Below, piece by piece: positions 52,032-62,483 of a stretch of 64,000 nucleotides of DNA; position 1 is the stretch's first letter; every line of letters begins with the position of its first letter. The position numbers were made by a program, and so were the translations under genes. A model generated the notes under the pieces. It was not told the DNA's origin. It saw nothing but the letters and a program-made list of their open reading frames with translations, and searched no databases. Source of the DNA: Nostoc sp. (GTDB taxonomy: Bacteria > Cyanobacteriota > Cyanobacteriia > Cyanobacteriales > Nostocaceae); assembly GCA_036918135.1 (NCBI GenBank), contig JBALDB010000029.1, positions 67,207-131,206 of the forward strand, given 5' to 3'.

Positions 52032-54302
52032 TCACCTTGTAATCCGCCCCATATAATTTCCCCACAGTTGAGCTGCTTGAGCGCTGCTACCAGATGTAGG
52101 TGAATTATTGTCGTTTCCCAACCAAACGCCAGTTACCAACCGCTGACTGGGAATAAAACCTATGAACCACAAGTCAACGTTTTTATTAGTGGTGCCTGTT
52201 TTACCAGCTTCTCCTAGTCCAATGGCGGCACTACGACCAGTGCCTCTACTGATTACACCGCGCATTAAACTAGTCATTTCATCGGCAACACCATTTGATA
52301 ATACTCGTTTGTTGCCGTCTGGATCTTGGTCGAAGGAGTAAATGACCCGGCAAGTTTTGAAATCATTGCGGTCTCTGCAATCCCCACTATCTAAAATCCG
52401 ATTAATCGCATGGGGAGGATTCCACACGCCGCGATTGCCAATGGCACCAAAAGCACCAGTCATTTCTAAAACATTGACCACGCTTTGACCGAGTACCAAT
52501 CCAGGAACCGGATCGAGGGAGGACTTTACCCCCAAACGCTGGGCCATAGACACCACTTTATCTAGCCCAATTTCTCTAGCAACTCGCAAAGCAATGGGAT
52601 TTTCCGAAAGCGCCAGCCCAGTGGCAATATCGAAACTAGTGCCTGCACCTGCACGGCAGGGTTTGTAAGTAAAGCCTTGCCAAGTTAAAGGAGCGCAAGA
52701 ATAAGTTTTTGATGCTGAAATCCCCTGTTCGATAGCGGCAGTGTAAGCAAAAATTTTGAAGGTGGAACCTGGTTGTCTTTTAGCTTGAGTAACACGATTA
52801 AACTGACTTTTTTTGTAATCAGTTCCTCCCACCATTGCCAAGATACTACCAGTACTGGAGTCAAGAGTAACCACTGCCCCTTGAGAAAAGTTAAAAGTTC
52901 TACCATTACCATTTACTGAATTACGCAATGCGGCTTCTGCTTGGCTTTGGATTCCTGGATCGAGCTTGGTTTCAATAATATAGTTTCCTTCTCTTGCTGC
53001 TCCCTCCCCCAAGATTGATTCCAACTCAGAGAAAACGTAATTGTAAAAATAAGGAGCGATGGTTTTAGCTTGTTGTTCGCAAACTTTGGGACTAACTTGT
53101 ACGGTGGAACGTCTAGCTCGGTTGGCATCTTCGGGTTTGATTTTACCCATCTCCAGCAGCCGCTTAATCACACGATTGCGGTATTCAGCAGTTTCTAGCT
53201 TATTTGGCCCATCTCCACAATAATCAAAACCGTTGGGAGCTGGTAAAATTCCCACCAATGTTGCAGCTTCGGCCAGACTTAAATCTTTAGCTGGCTTTTC
53301 AAAGTAATACCTAGCTGCATCCTCAAACCCAGAGGTATCCCCTCCTAAAAAAACTCGATTTAAATACATCAGCAAAATTTCATCTTTGCTGTAAAACGTT
53401 TCTAACTTTAAGGCGACAATTGCCTCCCGCAATTTACGTCCCAAAGTGTCTTGTCTGCCTACATAATCGCGGAACAAACTGCGGGCTACTTGCTGGGTAA
53501 CAGTGCTGGCTCCTTGTTGCACATCTCCAGTGCGGCTATTGATCAACACTGCTCGCAAGATTCCCAACGGATCGACTCCAAAGTGCCAATAATAACGGCT
53601 ATCTTCGGAAGCGACCACAGCAGCAGGCAAATAAGGCCCAAAGTCCTCTAATCGCTTCATGTCTACGTGAGAGGTAGTCCGAGGCTCTCTCAGGGGGGTG
53701 GCTCCATCACGCGCATAAACAACTACTGGGGCGCGTGTCGCTGTGGGTAAAGGTCTAACTGAAAATTTCAGCCATTCAACGCCAATCACTAATGCGAACA
53801 GGGTGCTAATACCACCAATGCCATAAGCTGTCCAAGTCGCGGCATTGATATACCAAGGTGGCGGATCGACGTATTGCAATCGTACAGAAGCAGCGAGTTC
53901 TGGTGGTCCCAAGGTGAGAATATCGCCATGACGCAGTTCTAGGGAATTGACACGACGCTTGCCACGATAGATGCCATTAGTAGAGTTTTCGTCTTTGATG
54001 ATGAAAACTGGTGTGCGCTGAGTAGAATTACGCGATAACGACAGGTGAATTTGGCTGACAACAGGGTTACGGATGACGATATCGCAGGACTTGGAGCTAC
54101 GACCTAGAATATAGCGATCGCCCAACAGTGGATATACCTCTGCTTTATCCGCCCCCGCATCCTGCACCCAAAGTTCCGGTACTTTGGCATTAGGCTTGAG
54201 CGCCAATTTAGAAAAATCGACCCTAGCTTGAACTGTTTGTACTGCTTGAGTCAGTTGACCTAGTAACGTTTGTGGCTTGTGAGGGGGTTGGGGAGAACTC
54301 AT
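52032..54302 (-). CDS. FHA-domain class A penicillin-binding protein
   Basis: FHA LGRSS..VS..H..STNG; transglycosylase EDSRY..H.G and GASTVTQQ; transpeptidase STFK and KTGT. Confidence 0.92.
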   Translation of the reverse strand: MSSPQPPHKPQTLLGQLTQAVQTVQARVDFSKLALKPNAKVPELWVQDAGADKAEVYPLLGDRYILGRSSKSCDIVIRNPVVSQIHLSLSRNSTQRTPVFIIKDENSTNGIYRGKRRVNSLELRHGDILTLGPPELAASVRLQYVDPPPWYINAATWTAYGIGGISTLFALVIGVEWLKFSVRPLPTATRAPVVVYARDGATPLREPRTTSHVDMKRLEDFGPYLPAAVVASEDSRYYWHFGVDPLGILRAVLINSRTGDVQQGASTVTQQVARSLFRDYVGRQDTLGRKLREAIVALKLETFYSKDEILLMYLNRVFLGGDTSGFEDAARYYFEKPAKDLSLAEAATLVGILPAPNGFDYCGDGPNKLETAEYRNRVIKRLLEMGKIKPEDANRARRSTVQVSPKVCEQQAKTIAPYFYNYVFSELESILGEGAAREGNYIIETKLDPGIQSQAEAALRNSVNGNGRTFNFSQGAVVTLDSSTGSILAMVGGTDYKKSQFNRVTQAKRQPGSTFKIFAYTAAIEQGISASKTYSCAPLTWQGFTYKPCRAGAGTSFDIATGLALSENPIALRVAREIGLDKVVSMAQRLGVKSSLDPVPGLVLGQSVVNVLEMTGAFGAIGNRGVWNPPHAINRILDSGDCRDRNDFKTCRVIYSFDQDPDGNKRVLSNGVADEMTSLMRGVISRGTGRSAAIGLGEAGKTGTTNKNVDLWFIGFIPSQRLVTGVWLGNDNNSPTSGSSAQAAQLWGNYMGRITR

Positions 54303-54730
54303 CGGCTATTTACATCACAGTTTTTAGTGAAGAATCGGGCGAACTACAATTTAGATGTTAATCTTCCATCATTTTACTCATAAGCCAAGCCATAAATTGG
54401 TTTTATGGTTTTTGTGAGTTATTTTATACCTTATTCTATTAAGTAGTTATAAATTATTTGTTACTTTTATTACTTTTTTATCAATAAATAATTTGGTTTT
54501 CCTATTATCAAATGACTGTCATATCTATTTTTATTAGTTCATAACTATAATTAATAAATTTAAATTTGTACGTTTTTACACTAGTTTTATTTAAGAAATA
54601 GATTTAATTTATACTAATTTTACATATCCATATATTTTGAAATAAAGCTAAATATCTTCATTTAGGAAGATTTTTTAAATCTTATTATCTGTTTTAATAG
54701 GTCGAGTGTTCCGTTGAGGTTAATTTCAGA

Positions 54731-55468
54731 ATGATGGGAAAATCTCTGACCCTGATTGGTACAGCTTTATGTTTGGCATTCACCACTAATATTGCCGTAG
54801 CCCAATCCAGTAAATCCCCCATAGCCCAATCCAGTAGCAACTCCTCCACTAGTTCACCAACGGAAATCAAGCTGTCGCCAGAAGGTAAAAAAATTCTGTG
54901 CGAGTATTTCCCGCTTAACTCTCGCTGTCCAGGTGGTACAGCAGTGACGCCTACCACTCCTAGTAACACTACAACTCCTGATACAAGTACACCATCGGGT
55001 ACTACCACCACTCCTGATACAAGTACACCATCGGGTACTACCACCACTCCTGATACAAGTACACCATCGGGTACTACCACCACTCCTGATACAAGTACAC
55101 CATCGGGTACTCCCACCACTCCTGATACAACCACACCAGGAAGTACCACTCCACCCCCATCTAACACTCCTAGTGACAGCGTAACTCCAGGACCAGGAGG
55201 AAATGTGACTCCTCCAGACTCTTCTGGCACTCCTAGCAATATAACTCCAGCACCGGGAAGCGTTACTCCTGGTGACTCTACCACTCCTAGCACTCCTAGC
55301 AATATAACTCCAGCACCAGGAAGCATTACTCCTTCTGAACCTAGTCCCCCTGGCAGTACTACCGAACCAGGAAGCGTAACTCCTCCTGAGTCTGGTACTC
55401 CTGGTAACAGTACCGAACCAAGTCCTGTTACTCCTGCTTCACCAAAAGCTCCTTCCACAGGTAATTAA
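54731..55468 (+). CDS. Secreted Pro/Thr/Ser-rich low-complexity protein
   Basis: Signal peptide ending AVA-Q, CEYFPLNSRC motif, then P/T/S repeats. Confidence 0.8.
   Translation: MMGKSLTLIGTALCLAFTTNIAVAQSSKSPIAQSSSNSSTSSPTEIKLSPEGKKILCEYFPLNSRCPGGTAVTPTTPSNTTTPDTSTPSGTTTTPDTSTPSGTTTTPDTSTPSGTTTTPDTSTPSGTPTTPDTTTPGSTTPPPSNTPSDSVTPGPGGNVTPPDSSGTPSNITPAPGSVTPGDSTTPSTPSNITPAPGSITPSEPSPPGSTTEPGSVTPPESGTPGNSTEPSPVTPASPKAPSTGN
54974..55130 (+). repeat. 36-bp coding tandem repeat (TPDTSTPSGTTT), about 4.3 copies
   Basis: ACTCCTGATAC recurs at 54974, 55010, 55046, 55082 and 55118. Confidence 0.9.
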
Positions 55469-55671
55469 ATTAAAAGCTTTGGCACGATCTGAATATTAAT
55501 TTGCCATTAGCGATCGCTGTGGAGCTTGACATCCTACACCAGTTATACTTGATGGTGTAGGATAGAAAATCTAAATGGCTCGAACCTACAGAGCAAGTTG
55601 TCGAATATTATCTATTCAAAAAAGCTTTGAGCAACCAATAGCCTGGGATGATTTATCTCAGGCTTAATAGT

Positions 55672-56148
55672 TTAATGCCTACTGCCAGTTGAAGTCGGTG
55701 TTTTTTGGAATGACGCAATTAGCAGGCAGACAATACCGATACTAATAAATGAATCTGCCACATTAAATACAGCAAAGTTAATCAGGCGAAAATCTAGAAA
55801 ATCAACGACATAGCCTAAAATAAAGCGATCGATACCATTGCCCATTGCTCCACCTAAAATCAAACCATAGCCTAGCTGATCCCACAGATTTAACGTTGAA
55901 CTAAACAATGCCAGTGCTATCAATACTAAACTCACTCCTAAAGATAACCAGCGCAACCATTCTACTTTCCCACTTAATAGACTAAAAGCTGCACCCGTGT
56001 TAGTGACATAAGTCAGGTGAAATATTCCAGGTAAGAGTGGTCGCGTTTGCTCCAAGCTGAAAGTTTGCACCACCCAATATTTTGTTATTTGGTCTAGAAA
56101 AAAAGCTATAAAGGCAGCAATCCAAAAAAGGCGATTTTTTAAACGCAT
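55672..56148 (-). CDS. lspA: Lipoprotein signal peptidase II
   Basis: DQITK, NTGAAFS, GNGIDR, VVDF, FNVAD. Confidence 0.96.
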   Translation of the reverse strand: MRLKNRLFWIAAFIAFFLDQITKYWVVQTFSLEQTRPLLPGIFHLTYVTNTGAAFSLLSGKVEWLRWLSLGVSLVLIALALFSSTLNLWDQLGYGLILGGAMGNGIDRFILGYVVDFLDFRLINFAVFNVADSFISIGIVCLLIASFQKTPTSTGSRH

Positions 56149-56227
56149 AGCGAATTTGTCATTAGTCATTGGTCATTGGTCATTGGTCATTGGTCATTAG
56201 TCATGAGTTTTAACAAATGACAATAAA

Positions 56228-56815
56228 CTAATAAAACATTAAGTGACGCAATACATATGCTATTACAGTAACGGCACAGACTACAGTTAGTTGCCCTGGT
56301 AGTGCAAACCAAGAATATCTGAGAATTGCTTGCATCAAAGGTAGATTTTCTGTGCCTTTCCATTGAAGAAGATAACTAATAATTAAGTAAGTAATACCGC
56401 ATAGGTGGAGAGTTAACAAGCCACAAACGCAACTAAAGGCTAGAGTTTCTAGTCGAGGTCTAGCTTTAAAGGCAAATAAGCCACAAATCCAAGCTCCTGG
56501 AATAAAGCCTAGCAAATAGCCAAATTGAGATAACTTGACATAACCAATACCACCACCATCAGTAAATACTGGTAATAAGGTTAATCCCATGACTAAATAG
56601 GCTATTTGCGAGAGCGCACCGGCATTTTTGCCCCCTAAACAACCGACCAAGAGTACTGCACCTGTTTGAAAATTCACACCTAAAGAAAAAGTCTGAATTC
56701 CATGCTTACTCCAACTCCAAGGTGAAGTTATACCATAAGCCTCTAGGAAAGCGCCACCGATTGTCAGGAGTAAGCCAATCATTGACCATAGTAATTGGTT
56801 GGAAGCAGCAAACAT
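56228..56815 (-). CDS. bioY: Biotin transporter BioY
   Basis: YLVMGL..LPVF..GGG, GYLLGF; hydrophobic. Confidence 0.88.
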   Translation of the reverse strand: MFAASNQLLWSMIGLLLTIGGAFLEAYGITSPWSWSKHGIQTFSLGVNFQTGAVLLVGCLGGKNAGALSQIAYLVMGLTLLPVFTDGGGIGYVKLSQFGYLLGFIPGAWICGLFAFKARPRLETLAFSCVCGLLTLHLCGITYLIISYLLQWKGTENLPLMQAILRYSWFALPGQLTVVCAVTVIAYVLRHLMFY

Positions 56816-57487
56816 TTATCAGGCAACTAAAGAAAGGCAAAAGGGAAAACCAATAGCAACCAGTATAGACATTAATATTGAAATCAAATCTGTGTTGACA
56901 TTTAAAGAACTAGCATACTTTCTTTTGGCTTTTGAGTATGTAATTTTTCAGCTGTGCAAATTGTAGCTTAGGCATCTATTTTACTTAATTCTGGTTTGTT
57001 CTGATTATGGCTAGTATTTGATTTAAATTGTGGTCAGATTAGTATCAAATAGTCTAGTATTTATACTGATTTTTTGAATTTTTTTAGATAATTATTGTTT
57101 AAATAAGTTTTTTAGCGATCGCCTGCGCTATTCTGCATACATAAGCAATCTACTTTTACCTGCCTCTGCTTTCTCGAAGAAGAATTTTCTGGTTTAAATC
57201 TTTTTCTTCACTAGCCTCCGGTCGTAAAGCTAGAGAGCATAAACAGTATTTTCTTATATAAGAATATTAAGTTTATTAATATACCATATTCTTCTATATA
57301 TTTAGATATTTTTTCTGAGTTGAGCGACAAAAATACACGAGCAATTGAGTTCTGCTACGACATGTAATGAAGACACGATCTAAATTATTTATAATATTCT
57401 TTTTCAAAGAGAAGTATAAAATTTATCAACCATCATTTCAAACAACTATTTGCTGTTTATCTAAAAAAACATCAGATTTTTCTGTTT

Positions 57488-57518
57488 GTTAACCTATTGT
57501 TTACCTACACCTTGACCT
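57488..57518 (+). promoter_or_regulatory. Pho box (SphR/PhoB site)
   Basis: GTTAACCT-N3-GTTTACCT-N4-CTTGACCT upstream of pstS. Confidence 0.75.
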
Positions 57519-57571
57519 TTTAAGGGTATCTTAGAAGCGCTCACCTGGAAAGTTACTAAAAATCTATAGCA

Positions 57572-58753
57572 ATGCTTTCACGTATTAGTGTAAAAAACAG
57601 TCACAAAATTACAGGTTTAATTCCAGTATTAGCACTGACTATCAGCTTAACTGCCTGTGGCGGCCAGCAAACCTCAGATAATACAACCACCAAAGATAGT
57701 CCTTCTGGTACTGCTACAGATACTACTGCTTCTAGCCCAGCTAAACTAGACCTTGGTGGAAATGTCAAGTTAACAGGGGCTGGTGCCTCTTTTCCTTATC
57801 CACTGTATGACACTTGGTTCACAGATTTGAACAAAAAATATCCAAATCTGCAAGTTGACTATGCATCAGTTGGTAGCGGTGCTGGAGTTGAGCAATTTAT
57901 TAAAGGCACTGTAGACTTTGGTGCTAGCGATGTTGCGATGAAGGATGAAGAAATCAAGAAGGTGCCACAGGATAAGGGCGTTATTTTACTGCCCATGACT
58001 GCTGGAAGCATCGTGCTAGCTTATAACTTGCCAGATGTTGCCGAACTAAAGTTACCACGGGCTGTTTACGCTGATATTTTATTAGGCAAAATCAAGTCTT
58101 GGGATGACGCGCAAATTGCCAAGGCTAACCCAGGTGTCAAACTTCCGCAACAGCCAATTACAGTTGTTTATCGTTCTGATGGTAGCGGTACCACTGGTGT
58201 ATTCACAAAACACCTCAGTGCTATCAGCCCAGAATGGAAGAGCAAAGTTGGCGAAGGTAAAACTGTTAACTGGCCTACGGGAGTTGGTGCTAAGGGAAAT
58301 GAGGGTGTTACAGCCCAAATTCAACAAACTCAAGGTTCTCTTGGTTATGTTGAGTACGGCTATGCCAAACAAAATAGTCTCAAGTTTGCTGCTTTGGAAA
58401 ACAAAAGCGGTAAATTTGTTGTACCTAGCGATCAGTCAGCCGCTAAAACCCTAGAATCAGTAACTCTACCACCAGATTTGCGCGCCTTTATTTCTGACCC
58501 ACAAGGAGCTGATTCCTATCCGATTGTCACCTACACCTGGCTATTGGTTTACAAGAAATATGCTAATCCGGCAAAAGCCAAAGCTATAGAAGCTGCGATC
58601 GAATACGCTTTAACTGACGGTCAAAAGCAGGCTACTGCACTAGGTTACGTTCCTCTACCCCAAAATGTAATCACCAAGGTAGCTGCTGCTGCTGACCAAA
58701 TCAGTCCAGAGTATAAAATCGCTGTTGGTAGTGGTGCTAGTGCTAGCAAGTAG
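57572..58753 (+). CDS. pstS: Phosphate ABC transporter substrate-binding lipoprotein
   Basis: Lipobox LTAC, GAGASF, GSGAG, DFGASD, RSDGSGTT. Confidence 0.97.
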   Translation: MLSRISVKNSHKITGLIPVLALTISLTACGGQQTSDNTTTKDSPSGTATDTTASSPAKLDLGGNVKLTGAGASFPYPLYDTWFTDLNKKYPNLQVDYASVGSGAGVEQFIKGTVDFGASDVAMKDEEIKKVPQDKGVILLPMTAGSIVLAYNLPDVAELKLPRAVYADILLGKIKSWDDAQIAKANPGVKLPQQPITVVYRSDGSGTTGVFTKHLSAISPEWKSKVGEGKTVNWPTGVGAKGNEGVTAQIQQTQGSLGYVEYGYAKQNSLKFAALENKSGKFVVPSDQSAAKTLESVTLPPDLRAFISDPQGADSYPIVTYTWLLVYKKYANPAKAKAIEAAIEYALTDGQKQATALGYVPLPQNVITKVAAAADQISPEYKIAVGSGASASK

Positions 58754-58907
58754 CTACATCCTTACTCAAAAATCGAGCGACTGCTCGCTAGACTTATGAT
58801 TCTATAGGGATTTGATGTCTTAGTTTCCAAAAATCATGAGGCGACAATTTTCTCAATCTAGTTGCCTCGCACATTTTTCTCTGATTTAATTGTAACAATC
58901 AGTATTC

Positions 58908-59858
58908 ATGACTACAAAATCTCCAAGTCTGTCATCAGGGATCAAAAATCGCTCTGATACAGAAAAATCTCTAGATCGGAGTTTTATTTGGCTAACTCGT
59001 GTTTTCGCATTTGGGGTTGCTGCAACTTTATTATGGATTGGGTTACAGGTTGCTATTGGCGCTTGGCCTGCTATCCAAAAATTCGGTGTTAGTTTTTTAG
59101 CTAACAGCACTTGGAACCCAGTTAATGATAACTACGGGGTGCTACCTCAAGTTTATGGAACTCTCTTGAGTTCTTTTATTGGTCTGCTGATAGCTGTACC
59201 AATTGGGGTTGGCACAGCTATTGTACTGAGCGAGGATTTTCTGCCTGCAAAGGTGAGGCTAGTACTGGTTTTTGCGGTAGAACTGCTCGCAGCTATTCCT
59301 AGCGTTGTCTACGGCGTCTGGGGTATTTTTGTCTTGGTGCCCATTTTAACCAACTTAGGAAGATGGTTAAATACTTATTTTGGCTGGTTGCCATTTTTTA
59401 GCACCTCTCCCACAGGCCCAGGAATGTTACCGGCTGGAGTCATATTAGCAATTATGACTTTGCCAATTATCACAGCTTTATCGCGCGATGCCTTAATTTC
59501 TATACCCCCTAGTTTGCGCCAAGCTGCGGTAGGACTAGGAGCAACGCGCTGGGAAACGATTTTGCAAGTTCTAATCCCAGCAGCCTTTTCGGGCATAGTT
59601 AGTGCTGTGATGTTAGCACTTGGTCGGGCTATGGGAGAAACAATGGCTGTAACCATGTTAATTGGCAACTCCAACAATATTAGCCTTTCTCTGCTAGCAC
59701 CAGCCAACACAATTTCTTCTTTGCTAGCAAATCAATTTTCTGAAGCTAGTGGTTTGCAAGTTGCGGCTTTAATGTACGCTGCTTTAGTTCTATTCTTTTT
59801 GACTTTAGCTGTCAATGTCCTGGCAGAGTTAATCCTTGTGAGAGTCAAACGACTGTAG
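58908..59858 (+). CDS. pstC: Phosphate ABC transporter permease
   Basis: ELLAAIPSVVYG, GRAMGETMAV. Confidence 0.96.
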   Translation: MTTKSPSLSSGIKNRSDTEKSLDRSFIWLTRVFAFGVAATLLWIGLQVAIGAWPAIQKFGVSFLANSTWNPVNDNYGVLPQVYGTLLSSFIGLLIAVPIGVGTAIVLSEDFLPAKVRLVLVFAVELLAAIPSVVYGVWGIFVLVPILTNLGRWLNTYFGWLPFFSTSPTGPGMLPAGVILAIMTLPIITALSRDALISIPPSLRQAAVGLGATRWETILQVLIPAAFSGIVSAVMLALGRAMGETMAVTMLIGNSNNISLSLLAPANTISSLLANQFSEASGLQVAALMYAALVLFFLTLAVNVLAELILVRVKRL

Positions 59859-59877
59859 CGTAGTTTTGGGTTGAATT

Positions 59878-60759
59878 ATGACTTCCAGTTTTCCAAAGCG
59901 CAGTTTAACTCGCTCTCCCATGTCTAAAAGAACACTGTTTAATACTGTAATGACAGTGATAGCATTTATCTGCGGTATATTGGCACTTGTGCCTTTACTA
60001 GCAGTGCTTTCTTACGTCATTATTCAAGGTTTTAGCAGTTTGAGTCCCAGCATTTTTGTTGAACTGCCACCCAAAGCCTTACAAAAAGGAGGAGGCTTTG
60101 GTAATGCAATTTTGGGCACACTATTAATGGTAGGAATTGCCGCCGCGATTAGTATCCCATTTGGTGTTTTAGGGGCAATTTACATCACAGAATTTAGTTC
60201 GATTAAAGTAGCCAGATGGGTACGTTTTGCGGCTAACGTCCTCAGTGGAGTTCCCTCAATTATTGCTGGGGTATTTGCTTATGGGATTGTAGTTTTAACA
60301 CTAGTAAAGCTGAACTTAGGCTCATATTCAGCTCTTGGTGGAGGAGTAGCGCTGGCAATTTTAATGTTGCCAATTATTGTGCGAACCACTGATGAAGCTT
60401 TACAGTTAGTATCACAAGATTTGCGACAAGCATCTGTAGGGTTAGGAGCAACTAACTTTCAAACAGTTACACAAGTAGTTTTACCAGCAGCCCTACCAGC
60501 AATTGTAACTGGAGCAACGCTAGCGATCGCCAGAGCAGCTGGAGAAACCGCACCCTTACTGTTTACTGCTCTGTTTTCTAACTTTTGGCCTGATAGCTTA
60601 TTTCAACCCACGGCTTCCCTAGCTGTTTTAGTTTACAAGTATGCTATTTCTCCGTTTAAAAATTGGCAGTCCCTAGCTTGGGCAGCGTCTTTGATATTGG
60701 TATTGATGGTTTTGATTGCAAGTATTATCGCTCGCTGGGCAACTCGCAAAAAAGCTTAA
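59878..60759 (+). CDS. pstA: Phosphate ABC transporter permease
   Basis: GVPSIIAG, ARAAGETAPL. Confidence 0.96.
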   Translation: MTSSFPKRSLTRSPMSKRTLFNTVMTVIAFICGILALVPLLAVLSYVIIQGFSSLSPSIFVELPPKALQKGGGFGNAILGTLLMVGIAAAISIPFGVLGAIYITEFSSIKVARWVRFAANVLSGVPSIIAGVFAYGIVVLTLVKLNLGSYSALGGGVALAILMLPIIVRTTDEALQLVSQDLRQASVGLGATNFQTVTQVVLPAALPAIVTGATLAIARAAGETAPLLFTALFSNFWPDSLFQPTASLAVLVYKYAISPFKNWQSLAWAASLILVLMVLIASIIARWATRKKA

Positions 60760-60816
60760 TCCAATAGCATCTAGAGAGCAGATTCTCATCAGTAAAATAA
60801 ATATCACACTTAATTT

Positions 60817-61623
60817 ATGGCTAGTAACATTAGCACAGCTAATAACACTGAAACTGTTTTACGCACCGAAAACCTAAATATTTACTATGGCAAGTTTTTA
60901 GCCTTGCAGAATATCTGGCTAGATATACCCAAAAATAAGGTAACAGCCTTCATTGGCCCTTCTGGTTGTGGTAAAAGTACGCTGCTGCGATGCTATAATC
61001 GGCTTAATGACCTGATTGAATCATTTCGGGCAGAAGGTAAAATATTATTCTACGATAAGAACTTGTATGCCTCCGACATCGATCCTGTAGAAGTGCGTCG
61101 GAGAATTGGAATGGTGTTTCAAAGACCAAACCCATTTCCGAAATCAATTTATGACAACATTGCTTTTGGAGCCAAAATTAACGGCTACAAAGGTAATATG
61201 GATGAATTAGTAGAAAGAAGTCTGCGACAAGCAGCTTTATGGGATGAAGTCAAAGATAAACTCAAGCAAAGTGGCTCATCCTTATCAGGTGGACAGCAAC
61301 AACGGTTGTGTATTGCCAGAGCGATCGCCGTCCAACCTGAGATTATATTGATGGATGAACCTTGCTCCGCCCTCGATCCAATTTCTACCTTGCGGGTTGA
61401 AGAACTGATTCACCAACTTAAAGAGCAATATACAATTGTCATCGTTACCCATAACATGCAGCAAGCCGCGCGGGTTTCTGATAAAACAGCCTTCTTTAAT
61501 GTCCGCACTGGTGAGACAGGAGGTCGCAGTGGCTATATGGTAGAATTTGATGCCACAGAAGTAATATTCAATAATCCTAGACAGGAAGATACTAGAGATT
61601 ACGTTAGCGGCAGATTTGGATAA
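60817..61623 (+). CDS. pstB: Phosphate ABC transporter ATPase
   Basis: [31 protein letters not shown]. Confidence 0.97.
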   Translation: MASNISTANNTETVLRTENLNIYYGKFLALQNIWLDIPKNKVTAFIGPSGCGKSTLLRCYNRLNDLIESFRAEGKILFYDKNLYASDIDPVEVRRRIGMVFQRPNPFPKSIYDNIAFGAKINGYKGNMDELVERSLRQAALWDEVKDKLKQSGSSLSGGQQQRLCIARAIAVQPEIILMDEPCSALDPISTLRVEELIHQLKEQYTIVIVTHNMQQAARVSDKTAFFNVRTGETGGRSGYMVEFDATEVIFNNPRQEDTRDYVSGRFG

Positions 61624-61694
61624 ATATTTATTTCGATTCCTTGATTCGGGAATATGGTTTAGGATAGCAAGTTCATTTCTAAAATTTAACTACA

Positions 61695-61910
61695 CTAGTA
61701 CAACAAGGCAAAAGTAAAAAGTGAGCCAGTGCAGTGGACGGGTTAAGAGGCATAAAGTAACTAATTTTAGCTTAGGGAGCGCTCTTAGCACACAGCCGTA
61801 GTGACGTAGGAGCCTCAGTTGCAAGACACTGATTAAAAAGAAAGAACAGTTATGCTGTAAGCTTTTGACCTGTTTTAGGTGGTAGCTTTATTTGAGTTAC
61901 GTTGTACTAG
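61695..61910. mobile_element. MITE-like element
   Basis: Perfect 10-bp terminal inverted repeats CTAGTACAAC / GTTGTACTAG; non-coding interior. Confidence 0.6.
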
Positions 61911-61974
61911 TAGTTTATCAAGCCAAAATTGACAGGTTATGACTTATGCAATCGAAAGCATCGCTAAGTAAGTT

Positions 61975-62245
61975 CTAAATAGTGCCGAAAGTAACACCCT
62001 GCTGTTTAAGTCACTTACGGTATGCAATAGAATAGCGATCGCTCGGTAAATTTACTTCAGCTTGCAAATCCAAAGGTAAGCGTCGGGATTGCTGAGACTC
62101 GACAATAGCAATATCCTGACTAGCAACTTGATTTTGAATATCTAGATAGAGTTCTACTGGAACTTCACCGGAGTTGTTTACCATTAACCAATATTGCGCC
62201 ACGCACTCATCTTCATCGACTAGCGTAATTACAGTATGTTGGTCT
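61975..62245 (-). pseudogene. Fragment of VanA-like Rieske oxygenase C-terminus
   Basis: QDIAIVESQ...LPLDLQAEVNLPSDRYSIAYRK*LKQQGVTFGTI*; internal TGA, N-terminal part missing. Confidence 0.65.
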
Positions 62246-62483
62246 TTTTGGTAATTGGGAAAAAGATAATTGGGGATTGGGAAAAAGCTAATTGGGAAAA
62301 AGGGAATAAATAACTGACGATTACCGATTACCCATTACCCATTCATGCTCAGCCTCGCCGAAGCATTACCGACCCTCACAGATATCATAGCTATTCAACC
62401 AGACATGATATAACTCGTCTGTTGTTTGACTTTATTAGGTATGCTGTATTCTTTACTTCAGCGAGAAATTGCTTTTTGAATAA

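Noticed and set aside
54974..55130. 36-bp repeats as a possible CRISPR array
   Set aside because: Units are contiguous with no spacers and lie in frame in a protein; no cas genes in the window
54694..55458. 254-aa minus-strand Gly/Val ORF
   Set aside because: Antisense mirror of the P/T/S-rich gene, which has the signal peptide
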